Source of the DNA: an uncultured virus (IMG/VR IMGVR_UViG_3300032007_000042)
Lineage: Duplodnaviria; Heunggongvirae; Uroviricota; Caudoviricetes; Crassvirales
Virus record (IMG/VR): IMGVR_UViG_3300032007_000042
DNA: 55,778 nucleotides
Reading direction: 5' to 3' (one strand)
Shown here: piece after piece, positions 29,097 to 38,052 of the stretch
Layout: each line of letters begins with the position of its first letter
Numbering within the stretch: position 1 is the first letter of the stretch
Made by a program: the position numbers and the translations under genes
Notes under the pieces: generated by a model
Seen by the model: only the letters and a program-made list of their open reading frames with translations
Databases searched by the model: none
Told to the model about the DNA's origin: nothing

Positions 29097-29696
29097 TTAA
29101 TTTCTTACTGTTGAAAGCCAATCATCTGATGCTGTGGCTACATTATTATCTTCTTTATTTTCAAGGAATGTTGCCAATGGAGACTCTGGAGAAACATGTT
29201 GTTGTCCATTTTCATCCATTACTAACTTATCCTTAAAAATGAAATACTTAATAAGAGGAAGGAATTTATAGTTACCATTGAATGAAGCTACAAATCTCTT
29301 TGTTGCACTTACTATATCATCATCAGTATAGTTTCCATAGATATTGAAAAACTTTTTCAGTTTAAGCATAATCTCTCTGGTATTACACTGATAATAATAT
29401 GGAGTTCCAGGCATCTTGCCTTTAGGATAAGCATCCTTCATCTTAGCAGCAAGATTTCTAAGTCTGTCTTCATCATCAATAGCCCCACTGGAATCAACTA
29501 TTACTTCATCCAAGACATCATTCCAATGCTGGGTAATATAAGTATTCTCATCATCCTTCACAAGAACTTCTCTACTGATGAGATTATTGAATGTCTCTTC
29601 AATGTTCTTACTATATTTAATAGCAAGAACAATCAGAGCCTCATCAATAGAGAGCTTATGTTTTAGGCATACTTTGTCGTCAATTGTTATTTTCAT
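29097..29696 (-). CDS. putative replication-initiator-like protein, paralogue A
   Basis: Similar to 29693..30259 (ITID, YPxGxxxGTxY, KYFI, ES). Confidence 0.6.
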   Translation of the reverse strand: MKITIDDKVCLKHKLSIDEALIVLAIKYSKNIEETFNNLISREVLVKDDENTYITQHWNDVLDEVIVDSSGAIDDEDRLRNLAAKMKDAYPKGKMPGTPYYYQCNTREIMLKLKKFFNIYGNYTDDDIVSATKRFVASFNGNYKFLPLIKYFIFKDKLVMDENGQQHVSPESPLATFLENKEDNNVATASDDWLSTVRN

Positions 29697-30259
29697 CTTT
29701 CACCTAAATTAGACCATCTGTTGTTTTCAACTATAGACATAAAGTCTGATTCTATCTCATGTTTATCTTTATTGGTTCTAAGGATAAAGTATTTCAGTAG
29801 CTTCATGTGAGATCTATCACTCTTGAAGTCACTAACATACTCTCTAGTAGCTCTAATAGCCTCATCCTCTGTATAGATGAAGCCATGCATGGTAACAAGT
29901 ACCATTAGCTTTTGAGCTATCTCTTCTACAGTACCTCTCCAAGGATAAGTAGTTCCTGCTTTATTACCATCAGGATATAGATTTCTTAGAACAGCTGCAA
30001 GTCTATAGAAGTCCTTGATAGGAGACTTCTTGAGTCTCTCATCAGCTTCAGTAAGTAATCTTGCAATAAGATCCTTACTGTTGCCAGACAACACTATGCT
30101 ACCCATAGTATATTTGTCAATATCAGCAAGTTTCTTATCAACAAGACTGCCAAAGCATTTATCAAAGTTACAGTTGTTATATCCTAACAGTAATACAAGG
30201 AACTCTCCCAAGGAGATATTGTTTCTTGAGAGAATATCTGTATCAATTGTTATTCTCAT
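29693..30259 (-). CDS. putative replication-initiator-like protein, paralogue B
   Basis: Tandem paralogue upstream of dnaB. Confidence 0.6.
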   Translation of the reverse strand: MRITIDTDILSRNNISLGEFLVLLLGYNNCNFDKCFGSLVDKKLADIDKYTMGSIVLSGNSKDLIARLLTEADERLKKSPIKDFYRLAAVLRNLYPDGNKAGTTYPWRGTVEEIAQKLMVLVTMHGFIYTEDEAIRATREYVSDFKSDRSHMKLLKYFILRTNKDKHEIESDFMSIVENNRWSNLGER

Positions 30260-31461
30260 AAGCTATTTACTTTACTATAAATATCTGTGATAGTATTAGT
30301 GGTAAAAATATTATTGTTATTATATCCTTCAAGCATCTTCTTAAGTATCTCCTCATCTCTTGTATTCTTGAAATAAGGAATAATGATAACAGGATGCTTA
30401 TGTCTTAAGATTCTGCCAACACGTTGTACTTGAAGTTTCTCTGAGCTGTTGAGCATATCAAATATTCCTACTTGACAGTTATAAGGATTAAGACCTTCAT
30501 CAAGCATTCCTACACAGGATATTGCGTGCACTTTTCCATCATTAAACTTAGTAAGATTTTTTGTACCTACTTTACTATTTACACATGGTATTCCAAGTGT
30601 TTCTGTTTGCTCAATAGTAGCACAGAAAGTGATACTTCTTTTATCCCTCAAGTATAAAAGTATTGTATGCACAACATTTAGCTTCTGCTGTGCAAGCCAT
30701 TGAAGTCTCTCACCAGCCTTATGAAGCCATTGATTCTTCATTGTAGGTATATAGCTTTTTCTCTTATACCATTCAATGATTCCACTTAGCTCACTATAAT
30801 ACTGTTGTTGAGTACACTTAATCTGATAATATCCCTTATAGCTTTTGTAATTCCATCTTTTAGCATAAGGTACTATCAATGGCTTCATACCTTTATTCTT
30901 TGGTTTCCTGGGAGTATAAAGATAATCAGCCTTAGTATTATCAAGAGTCATAGGATAAAGAATAATAGTAGGATCTGGCAAGACATTATCATCAATAGCC
31001 TTTTTAGTTCCTATTTTAATCCATTGAAGTTCCTTGTAATGATTATACTTATTAAGGATGAATTGTCTTACACTCTTATTGATAGTAGCACTCAAGAAAA
31101 TAGCATGTACAATATTGAAGTCATTAAGTGCCTCTCTACATCTTTCTGATAAATGATGACACTCATCAAAACAGACTATATCCCATGAGCCAGCCATCTT
31201 AGGAAGACTAACATAAGTAACAAAGGTTACATTTGAGAGTATATCCTCATAATGCCACTTCTTGAACTCTTCTATCCAGTTCTGTATAAGCACATTACGT
31301 GGGATGACAATCAGAATCTTGGCATCTTGACTATATAGTTGGCTAATCTTCTGTAAGGCAAGATTGGTTTTACCTAAACCTGTAGCACATTCAAGAACAT
31401 AGTGTCTTTTATCAGAGTGGAGAAGTTCTTCACTTATCTTTGTTCTCAACAGGTTTTCCAT
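30256..31461 (-). CDS. SF2 (DExH) helicase
   Basis: ATGLGKT, DECHH, LSAT, QRVGRILR. Confidence 0.9.
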   Translation of the reverse strand: MENLLRTKISEELLHSDKRHYVLECATGLGKTNLALQKISQLYSQDAKILIVIPRNVLIQNWIEEFKKWHYEDILSNVTFVTYVSLPKMAGSWDIVCFDECHHLSERCREALNDFNIVHAIFLSATINKSVRQFILNKYNHYKELQWIKIGTKKAIDDNVLPDPTIILYPMTLDNTKADYLYTPRKPKNKGMKPLIVPYAKRWNYKSYKGYYQIKCTQQQYYSELSGIIEWYKRKSYIPTMKNQWLHKAGERLQWLAQQKLNVVHTILLYLRDKRSITFCATIEQTETLGIPCVNSKVGTKNLTKFNDGKVHAISCVGMLDEGLNPYNCQVGIFDMLNSSEKLQVQRVGRILRHKHPVIIIPYFKNTRDEEILKKMLEGYNNNNIFTTNTITDIYSKVNSL

Positions 31462-31666
31462 TGCTCAGTGCATTAAGTTTTTTCTCTAATAATGATGTAT
31501 AGCTATTAATGAGTATACCATTATATGTCTTCATTAATGCTTGTAGTATATCATCCATGCTAACAGTTGTATGATTTTTAATACTGCTTACATAAGATGA
31601 TATTGATGCTGCAATGAGCTGTGAAAGCTCATCAACTATTGTATTTGTAGTTTCCTTTTTATCCAT
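31430..31666 (-). CDS. hypothetical protein
   Basis: 78 aa ORF in operon. Confidence 0.6.
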   Translation of the reverse strand: MDKKETTNTIVDELSQLIAASISSYVSSIKNHTTVSMDDILQALMKTYNGILINSYTSLLEKKLNALSNGKPVENKDK

Positions 31667-31688
31667 AATCTAAGACTTCCTTATCTTT

Positions 31689-32198
31689 TTATTTGATTAA
31701 ACGATTAACCACTCTAAGTAACTTTCTCCAGATACTTTCAGTACTTGATACTCCCTCTCCATTCTTTCTGTTAAGGGCTATATGCTTTGAAGAAGCAGTA
31801 AAGAAGCACTTTACATCAGGTCTTTTGCTGGTTACAGCATACCAATGTGCTGCTACTGCTGAGGGGCTTCTTCCTATTACTTCTGAGACAATAATAAAAC
31901 ATCTATTGAGATTCTGAGGAAAGACTGTAACCTGCATAATTAGACGCTGTTCCTCTTCCTCAGTCCATCTTTTAGACTTATTAGTTGTTACTGTCTCTTC
32001 ATGAGTAACCTGCTGTGTCTTTTTAGGAGTAGCAGATCTACTCTTCATAGACAGATAATGTTGATGAACAGCACCTACAGATCTGCCTGTCTTAGTAGCA
32101 ACAGTCATAAAGGATGCATTAAGAGCATTGTGTTTTGACAGCTCTTCTTTAATAAGATTCTCTTCAGAAGCTGTCCATTTTCTACGTGATATTGCCAT
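31689..32198 (-). CDS. Myb/SANT-like tandem HTH protein
   Basis: Two W-T-x-x-E-E...GRS..AV..H repeats. Confidence 0.7.
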   Translation of the reverse strand: MAISRRKWTASEENLIKEELSKHNALNASFMTVATKTGRSVGAVHQHYLSMKSRSATPKKTQQVTHEETVTTNKSKRWTEEEEQRLIMQVTVFPQNLNRCFIIVSEVIGRSPSAVAAHWYAVTSKRPDVKCFFTASSKHIALNRKNGEGVSSTESIWRKLLRVVNRLIK

Positions 32199-32232
32199 AA
32201 TTTAATGTATTAAGGAGTTAATAATGTTGGGT

Positions 32233-32760
32233 TCAAACTAAATGTTTGAGTTTCTTAATATACTCATCATCTTCTGCATAGCCAATGTTAGATAAAAAAG
32301 AGTAGTAATCACCGCCTTTATATCTATTCTGCACATGGTTCTTATAATAGGTCACACTCTCTTTCCAATGAGGAAACTTATGATATTCATCACCTTTCAT
32401 AAGTCCAAACAGATTATGATGATAGTTGCATACAAAAGACTTGAAATTACCTGTTTCAAGCTTAGCTTGGGCAAGTACTATCTTAGGGTACTTAATACCC
32501 TGTCTTTGAAGTTCTGCATATACTATACTATCATTTGGCTTCTTAGGTAATGTATATGCTGTTTTCTTAGTATTCTTTACAGTATCTGAATCAACATCTG
32601 TATATATAGTATCACGTACTACTACTTTATATGATGCCTTATTATTGGATTCATACATTGTTCCCATGAAGAATCCAATAATAAGTGTAATTAGGCTATA
32701 GAAACCTGTTTGATAAAACTGTTCTTTACTCATGTTATATAATTTAAAACGATTATACAA
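32233..32760 (-). CDS. membrane-anchored glucosaminidase-like (GH73) peptidoglycan hydrolase
   Basis: N-terminal TM; AQAKLETG, NLFG, GYAED..Y. Confidence 0.75.
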   Translation of the reverse strand: MYNRFKLYNMSKEQFYQTGFYSLITLIIGFFMGTMYESNNKASYKVVVRDTIYTDVDSDTVKNTKKTAYTLPKKPNDSIVYAELQRQGIKYPKIVLAQAKLETGNFKSFVCNYHHNLFGLMKGDEYHKFPHWKESVTYYKNHVQNRYKGGDYYSFLSNIGYAEDDEYIKKLKHLV

Positions 32761-32765
32761 AAAAG

Positions 32766-32791
32766 CTCTCTCTGCTTCACAGCAAAGAGAG
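32766..32791 (-). ncRNA. GUGA-loop hairpin, copy 1 (also terminator-like)
   Basis: CUCUCUUUGCU-GUGA-AGCAGAGAGAG followed by U-tract. Confidence 0.55.
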
Positions 32792-32860
32792 TGGTAATAC
32801 CTCGCCAGGTACCTTAATTAATTATTAAATTCATAATAAAATAACCGACAAATACAAAAG

Positions 32861-32934
32861 CGGTCTCTATAGGGCTTGAACCTTTGACCCTCTGATTAAC
32901 AGTCAATTGCTCTAACCAGCTGAGCTAAGAAGTC
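32861..32934 (-). tRNA. tRNA-Asn(GTT), degenerate
   Basis: Cloverleaf with TAGCTCAG/GTTCAAG; two acceptor-stem mismatches. Confidence 0.65.
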
Positions 32935-33032
32935 AAAACTATATGTTTCATATTAATTTTCAACATTGCAATTATACAAATAATATTTTAAAAATCCAAA
33001 GGAAAAGATAATATTTTTTTATACAAAAAAGC

Positions 33033-33281
33033 TTAATTATTTAAGTCAACTTCACATATTTCCATTACTTTTTTAAATTGCTCTATTGTTTGAATAAGAA
33101 TATGTCCTATCATATATCTTGTAGAAGAAAAGATTAGAATTTTCCAATACCTATTATGATAAAGTGGTTTATTATAATATACTGCGTCTATTGTATATTT
33201 TTTATTACTATAAGTGAATATATTTCCATATTCTTCCCTAAAGCCTTTCTTAATGAGAAAATCCTTTGTTATATCTTTCAT
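33033..33281 (-). CDS. hypothetical protein
   Basis: 82 aa; directly follows a truncated tRNA. Confidence 0.7.
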   Translation of the reverse strand: MKDITKDFLIKKGFREEYGNIFTYSNKKYTIDAVYYNKPLYHNRYWKILIFSSTRYMIGHILIQTIEQFKKVMEICEVDLNN

Positions 33282-33292
33282 GATTTATCTAT

Positions 33293-33342
33293 TGACCTTT
33301 ATTTTATAATGATACTGCTCTAACCTACTGAGCTAAGAAACC
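33293..33342 (-). pseudogene. truncated tRNA-Ile-like copy
   Basis: Near-identical to the 5' part of 33619..33692; lacks T arm and 3' acceptor strand. Confidence 0.75.
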
Positions 33343-33513
33343 AAATATAGTTTGCTACTTTATCGAAAAGAGAAACTATAAAAGAGAAAACTATGCTTAG
33401 TCTTTATATCATCAGGTAGACCAAAAGAACCTTACCTACTTACGATTAGGCACATACTCTTAAGTGAATGTGATTTACGTTGAGCCAAATGTGCACCTTT
33501 TGCTCTTATAAAG

Positions 33514-33599
33514 TAGCTCCAATGGGACTTGAACCCATACAACCATTACTGGTTATCAGATCTTAAATCTGACTTGTCTACCAATTCCAACATGGGGCC
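33514..33599 (-). tRNA. tRNA-Leu(TAA)
   Basis: TCAGA-TTTAAGA-TCTGA anticodon arm, long variable arm, GTTCAAG. Confidence 0.85.
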
Positions 33600-33618
33600 T
33601 TATATAATATATTTATTG

Positions 33619-33692
33619 TGGTCTCTATAGGACTTGAACCTATGACCTTTATCTTATCAGAATACTGCTCTAACCTACTGAGTTAAGAGACT
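33619..33692 (-). tRNA. tRNA-Ile(GAT)
   Basis: Cloverleaf with CTGATAA loop; 1:72 mismatch. Confidence 0.75.
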
Positions 33693-33700
33693 AACTATAA

Positions 33701-33931
33701 TTAACTACATATATATTTTACAATTAAAATAAAGATAATCTGTAAAGTCTGACCTATTAATCCTCCAATCTCTGTAGCAGTTATGTCTAACCAATCAAAC
33801 TTATTACCATATTGTTTATCTTTAAATTCCATACCAAAAGCTAATCCTGTACTAAATAATATAGTACCAATAAAAGCTGCTGGTATAGCATAAAGTAAAT
33901 GTTTTTTTCTATTACTTTCTAATAACCACAT
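33701..33931 (-). CDS. small membrane protein
   Basis: 76 aa hydrophobic; EFKD...FDWLD motif. Confidence 0.7.
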   Translation of the reverse strand: MWLLESNRKKHLLYAIPAAFIGTILFSTGLAFGMEFKDKQYGNKFDWLDITATEIGGLIGQTLQIIFILIVKYICS

Positions 33932-34169
33932 ATTATACTTTTTATTCTATTAAGTTACAATATCAAAAATAAGAGAATGAGCTCCAATACTACAGACAAT
34001 TTTACATGTCTCACTGTTTTACCATATTGAATATTTTTACCATGGTAATATCACAATATGTTGGAACAATTGCAACATCAATGTATCCTATATAGTTAAC
34101 ATCAATACATCTGTTTGTTGGCAAGGTTCGGATTCTAGAATCACCGAACACTGAAACTTATTCTCATTG

Positions 34170-34243
34170 TAGGGAGTGAGAGACTTGAACTCCCAACCTT
34201 GAAGGTATAAGCTTCCTGCGCTAACCTATTGCGCCAACTCCCC
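34170..34243 (-). tRNA. tRNA-Ile(TAT)
   Basis: GGGGAGT/ACTCCCT acceptor; GAAG-CTTATAC-CTTC anticodon arm. Confidence 0.82.
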
Positions 34244-34258
34244 ATTAATTATATCAGC

Positions 34259-34285
34259 TGCTCTAACCTACTGAGCTAAGAGACC
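34259..34285 (-). pseudogene. 5' fragment of a tRNA-Ile-like gene
   Basis: GGTCTCTTAGCTCAGTAGGTTAGAGCA only. Confidence 0.7.
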
Positions 34286-34289
34286 ATAA

Positions 34290-34320
34290 AACTGCAACTA
34301 TCTTCGCAGACTGTTGCAGT
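34290..34320 (-). ncRNA. GCGA-loop hairpin, copy 2
   Basis: ACUGCAACAGUCU-GCGA-AGAUAGUUGCAGU. Confidence 0.55.
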
Positions 34321-34376
34321 ACAAAATCATTGAAATCATAATTAGTATATAAATATAAAATCATAAATCAAACAAA

Positions 34377-34402
34377 TTACTCTATCTTCACAGACCAAGT
34401 AA
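34377..34402 (-). ncRNA. GUGA-loop hairpin, copy 3
   Basis: UUACUUGGUCU-GUGA-AGAUAGAGUAA. Confidence 0.55.
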
Positions 34403-34452
34403 CTTTAATATCATCCTAAACACATTAATTGTTTAAATTTACACGTATGAAA

Positions 34453-34758
34453 CTATTCAACATTATTATTTTTATCATCTTTATGGAACTTGTGTTCACT
34501 ATAGTTGTTAATGGCTTTAGGTAATCCTACAGAAGTCATAAGTCCAGCAATAGCACCTATTATAGCAGCATATCCATCTAATGATGTAGCTATTGTATGG
34601 TTATATATGACTTCAATAAGCATACAGATACAGATGACAAGTAGGAGTAAAATAGACATTATTCCTATTGTAACCATAATAAAGGAAAGAGATGATACTC
34701 CTGTATTATTCCTTATTATCTGGCCTAAGTAGTTCTGTATATCTTTTAACCATTTCAT
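34453..34758 (-). CDS. two-TM membrane protein (holin-like)
   Basis: Two hydrophobic helices, charged C-terminus. Confidence 0.7.
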   Translation of the reverse strand: MKWLKDIQNYLGQIIRNNTGVSSLSFIMVTIGIMSILLLLVICICMLIEVIYNHTIATSLDGYAAIIGAIAGLMTSVGLPKAINNYSEHKFHKDDKNNNVE

Positions 34759-34760
34759 TG

Positions 34761-34832
34761 TATCTCCAGTAGGAATCGAACCTACATTAATGGTTTAGGA
34801 GACCATTGCTCTATCCATTGAGCTATGGAGAC
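34761..34832 (-). tRNA. tRNA-Arg(CCT)
   Basis: Canonical cloverleaf; ATGGT-CTCCTAA-ACCAT; GTTCGATT. Confidence 0.92.
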
Positions 34833-34871
34833 ATATAGTCCCCAATAAAGGGGACTAATTATAAAACATTG

Positions 34872-34879
34872 CAAAGATA
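34872..34879 (-). promoter_or_regulatory. -7 element heading the tRNA cluster
   Basis: TATCTTTG 40 nt upstream of tRNA-Arg. Confidence 0.65.
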
Positions 34880-35044
34880 CAATGTCTTTAAGAATTATGG
34901 CAATACCTTATAATCACTATGAGTTTTTCTTAATAACTCTTTTATCCCAATACTTGGAATAATTCTCATAGTTTGCATGGCTGTTTGTAAAGAAACAGCG
35001 TGCAACCAACTGTACTTTATTATTTTTGATTATCTTTTGGATTA

Positions 35045-35356
35045 TCATTTTTCTTCAGTATTATGCGTTAGCTCATAGACAGTTTTAGCACCTTTGTAAA
35101 GGAGCTTTCCAAGGCTACTCTTATTAAGAATCATAACCTTATGAGAGTTATTAAAGAAGATGCTTGCTCTAAGAGAGTCAGCTTCTTCTTTTGTAAGATA
35201 CTTAGAGAGTACAACAAATGCAATCTCTACAGACTTTGTGTCTACATCCAATACTCCATCAGGCACCTCTGTATTGATTTGAAGTGCTGCTATATAGAGT
35301 ACATTAAGGATGCTTGTAATGTTCTCAATGTTTTTTGAATTAGTTATCATACCCAA
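35045..35356 (-). CDS. hypothetical protein
   Basis: About 100 aa ORF. Confidence 0.65.
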   Translation of the reverse strand: MGMITNSKNIENITSILNVLYIAALQINTEVPDGVLDVDTKSVEIAFVVLSKYLTKEEADSLRASIFFNNSHKVMILNKSSLGKLLYKGAKTVYELTHNTEEK

Positions 35357-35495
35357 CCTTTATAAACAGCGTAATTAAAATGTTCAGGATCCTTTAGCCA
35401 TTCTATATCTTCCTTAGACTTTTTCTCTAAACCATAGGCATAGATAAAAGCTTGATCCTCTTCAGGAAGTTTGGCTATTTCTCTTTTATTCATGA

Positions 35496-35678
35496 TTAGA
35501 TGGCATTAGCATAATACTCTTCTGATTTTTGTTGCTCAATAGTATCATCTGCAACAAGACTCTCAAAGTAGTCTGCAAGATATTTCTTGTAACTATCAAG
35601 CACTGTTTGAAAGTCTTTATCCATCATATTGTTAGATTCTGCATAGGCAAGAATCTCTTTTAGTTCATACATTCCCAT
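35496..35678 (-). CDS. small acidic protein
   Basis: 60 aa ORF. Confidence 0.65.
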   Translation of the reverse strand: MGMYELKEILAYAESNNMMDKDFQTVLDSYKKYLADYFESLVADDTIEQQKSEEYYANAI

Positions 35679-35680
35679 AT

Positions 35681-35962
35681 TTAGCCCATATGTAATGTTA
35701 CATAATCTTTACGTAATTCCTTCATTTTAGCTTCTGCTTGTGAAGGTGTAAGCTCATCAGCAGCTGATGGTTTCTCTACAACTCTAAAGATAGGTAGACT
35801 ATCAATAGAAAGACAGATAATGCCTAATGAATAGGAAATATTTATCTTTCTCTCTGCTTCTTTTATAAGGATATTTTCCTTATCTTTGTATACTTTCTCA
35901 TTATGGTTTTTAACCATTGTAGAGAAGTCTCTAATAATATCTTTCATTGTTATTTGTACCAA
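35681..35962 (-). CDS. hypothetical protein
   Basis: 93 aa ORF. Confidence 0.65.
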   Translation of the reverse strand: MVQITMKDIIRDFSTMVKNHNEKVYKDKENILIKEAERKINISYSLGIICLSIDSLPIFRVVEKPSAADELTPSQAEAKMKELRKDYVTLHMG

Positions 35963-36412
35963 TATTTGCTAAAGTATTCTATTATATCTTCTGTCATAAG
36001 TATAGTGAGGGGTCTTTAAGTGTATTCTTGGCTACAAGTTTAGTGTCTTTCTATACTTTATTGTAGCTGTAACCTGTTTTGATATAGACAATTTTCTTCA
36101 TAGTTGTAGGGATTAATTAGTTATTGTTGAAATTAATAAAACATAGGTCTAAATTTGTAATATTTTGCATGATAAGATGTAAAAAAATTTAGCTAAGTAA
36201 GAGTAAAAGGCTACAATTATTATTTTTATAGTCAGTAAAAAATGATATAATATGTAATAAATAAAGAATAGAGAATACTGAATAATTCTTCTGTAGAGGG
36301 GAGAAGTGATGTTCAGTAAACTCTATTCATATAACCTATTACACACAACTATCTTATAATCAATATATTACAATAGTATTATTCATACTAATGTAATATA
36401 TTTTATAGATGA

Positions 36413-36760
36413 TTATAATCCAAGATCAACATCATCACCAGCAAGAGAACCTTGCTTGCAGAGACTATAATGACCATTCTCAAGCTCAACAACTTGAAGG
36501 TCATTCTTCTGTGCTGCAATCTGCTGAGGACTAAGCTCACCAAGGTTTCTGCTAAATGCAACAAATGTAATGTTGCGAGAATCATTGGGGTCTACAAAGA
36601 AGCAACTTCTGAACTGCTTACCATAGTCAGGAGAGTTCTGATCTTTGTTGGTAAATGTACCAACCTTCATAGCTCCATGTGCTCTTGCAAAAGCCAGAAG
36701 ACTCCAATTGTTCTTGATACCAGGCATTGTTGCATTGACTGTATTAGCTGTATTAGCCAT
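36413..36760 (-). CDS. early-type protein with acidic tail, paralogue 1 (possibly SSB-like)
   Basis: Shares FAxxHG, S..LGE, LQVV and YSLC.QG with 40382..40729. Confidence 0.8.
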   Translation of the reverse strand: MANTANTVNATMPGIKNNWSLLAFARAHGAMKVGTFTNKDQNSPDYGKQFRSCFFVDPNDSRNITFVAFSRNLGELSPQQIAAQKNDLQVVELENGHYSLCKQGSLAGDDVDLGL

Positions 36761-36902
36761 AATGATTTCCCCATCTCAGAGGCACTAATGTTTTAAGGAT
36801 AACATCTAACCTTGCTGCACTATTAAACTTAGCCTCAAGAGACAGCAAACCTCTATTGGCTTATTAACTATTAACAAGAAGAAAGTTCTATAAAACCTTT
36901 TC

Positions 36903-36949
36903 CTTGCAAATTATAGGAAGGGTGGTGTGTCCATTAAAAGTGAATGAGA
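36903..36949 (-). promoter_or_regulatory. repeated early-promoter-like motif, copy 1
   Basis: Plus strand CTTGCAAATTATAGG..GGTGGTGTGTCCATTA. Confidence 0.55.
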
Positions 36950-37140
36950 TAATGGGAAAATAGGAAGATAGAAAAGAGAAGATAAGAAGAGAAAAGACTA
37001 GTTTGTGGTGTCTCCATTGGCTTTGTATTAGTATGAAGAGTTCTTGTTAAATCAGAGTTTCATATTATTATTCTGAGGCAACTAGATAAAAACATACTTT
37101 GTTATACTTCAATATAAGAATTGAAGAAGGAAAGAAATTT

Positions 37141-37460
37141 AACTTTCTGATTATCAAGCATTTAACTTTCAGAAGCGTTTATTTAAATAAACATTTTCCG
37201 TTATTTTGTTTATTTAAATAAACTCATGTTTACTTTAATGTCACTGAAATCTAAATGAATTAGCAATAATATACAGTATTTCTGCATAAAATGTCTGTAT
37301 ATAGATAGAAGGAACAAAATAGTTAATTCACTGATACACAAGGGATTACACGATTTTCTCCTTATCTATAACTAAGCACTCTCATAGCTATATCTAAGTA
37401 TTATCCAGATATGACTAAAAAATCTGTATATTTATACATTTAAGACTGTATAAATATACA
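37141..37460. repeat. AT-rich palindrome cluster, candidate origin or RepL sites
   Basis: GTTTATTTAAATAAAC at 37177-37192 and 37208-37223; 14-bp inverted repeat 37425-37438/37447-37460. Confidence 0.55.
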
Positions 37461-37508
37461 ATGTGCTTAGCATATTAGTAAGGTCTACTAAATAAATCTG
37501 TTTTATGC

Positions 37509-37539
37509 TTTGTAGTTTGCTAAGTTTTTTGTATCTTTG
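37509..37539 (+). promoter_or_regulatory. Bacteroidetes promoter (-33 TTTG, -7 TATCTTTG)
   Basis: 19-nt spacer; upstream of the RepL-like gene. Confidence 0.75.
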
Positions 37540-37565
37540 CATAAGTAACTTAAATAACATATATT

Positions 37566-38018
37566 ATGGCGAAGAAAATTATTACGAGTATTACTAACCC
37601 TCAATTAGCAGTAGTGAATACTAATACAGGAGAAATCCAGAGTGCAGTTGCAAAGATTAAAGTAGATTCTGTAGATGAATTTATATTCTGTTTTCTAAAT
37701 TCAATACCACAAATAACTTCTTTAGATGGTAACTCTATGAGAGTGCTAATGTGGTGTTGGAAGTTTAGTACATTTAATTCCATTAAGCCAGAAGCTAATT
37801 ATATACACAATGATATAGATTTTAAAGAAAGTGTTAGAAATGAAGGTGGTAATTTATCTAATGGTGTTATAGATTTAGCTATTCATAACTTATGTAAGAA
37901 GGGATTTTTAACCAAGAAGTGTAGAGGAAAGTATATGCTTAATCCTGATTTCTTCTTCAAAGGAACAATAAGTAATAGGTCTAAGCTTGTATGTAATATA
38001 GAGTATAACCCAGAGTAA
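37566..38018 (+). CDS. RepL-like winged-helix replication protein
   Basis: NTNTGEI, L.KKGFL...RGKYMLNPDFFFKG. Confidence 0.75.
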   Translation: MAKKIITSITNPQLAVVNTNTGEIQSAVAKIKVDSVDEFIFCFLNSIPQITSLDGNSMRVLMWCWKFSTFNSIKPEANYIHNDIDFKESVRNEGGNLSNGVIDLAIHNLCKKGFLTKKCRGKYMLNPDFFFKGTISNRSKLVCNIEYNPE

Positions 38019-38023
38019 AAAGA

Positions 38024-38051
38024 AAAAGCTAAGGATAACTCCTTAGCTTTT
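38024..38051. terminator. bidirectional terminator
   Basis: AAAAAGCTAAGG-taact-CCTTAGCTTTT-type stem between convergent genes. Confidence 0.8.
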
Positions 38052-38052
38052 A

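Noticed and set aside
32861..34285. CRISPR array
   Set aside because: The repeats are tRNA fragments at irregular spacing and no cas genes are present
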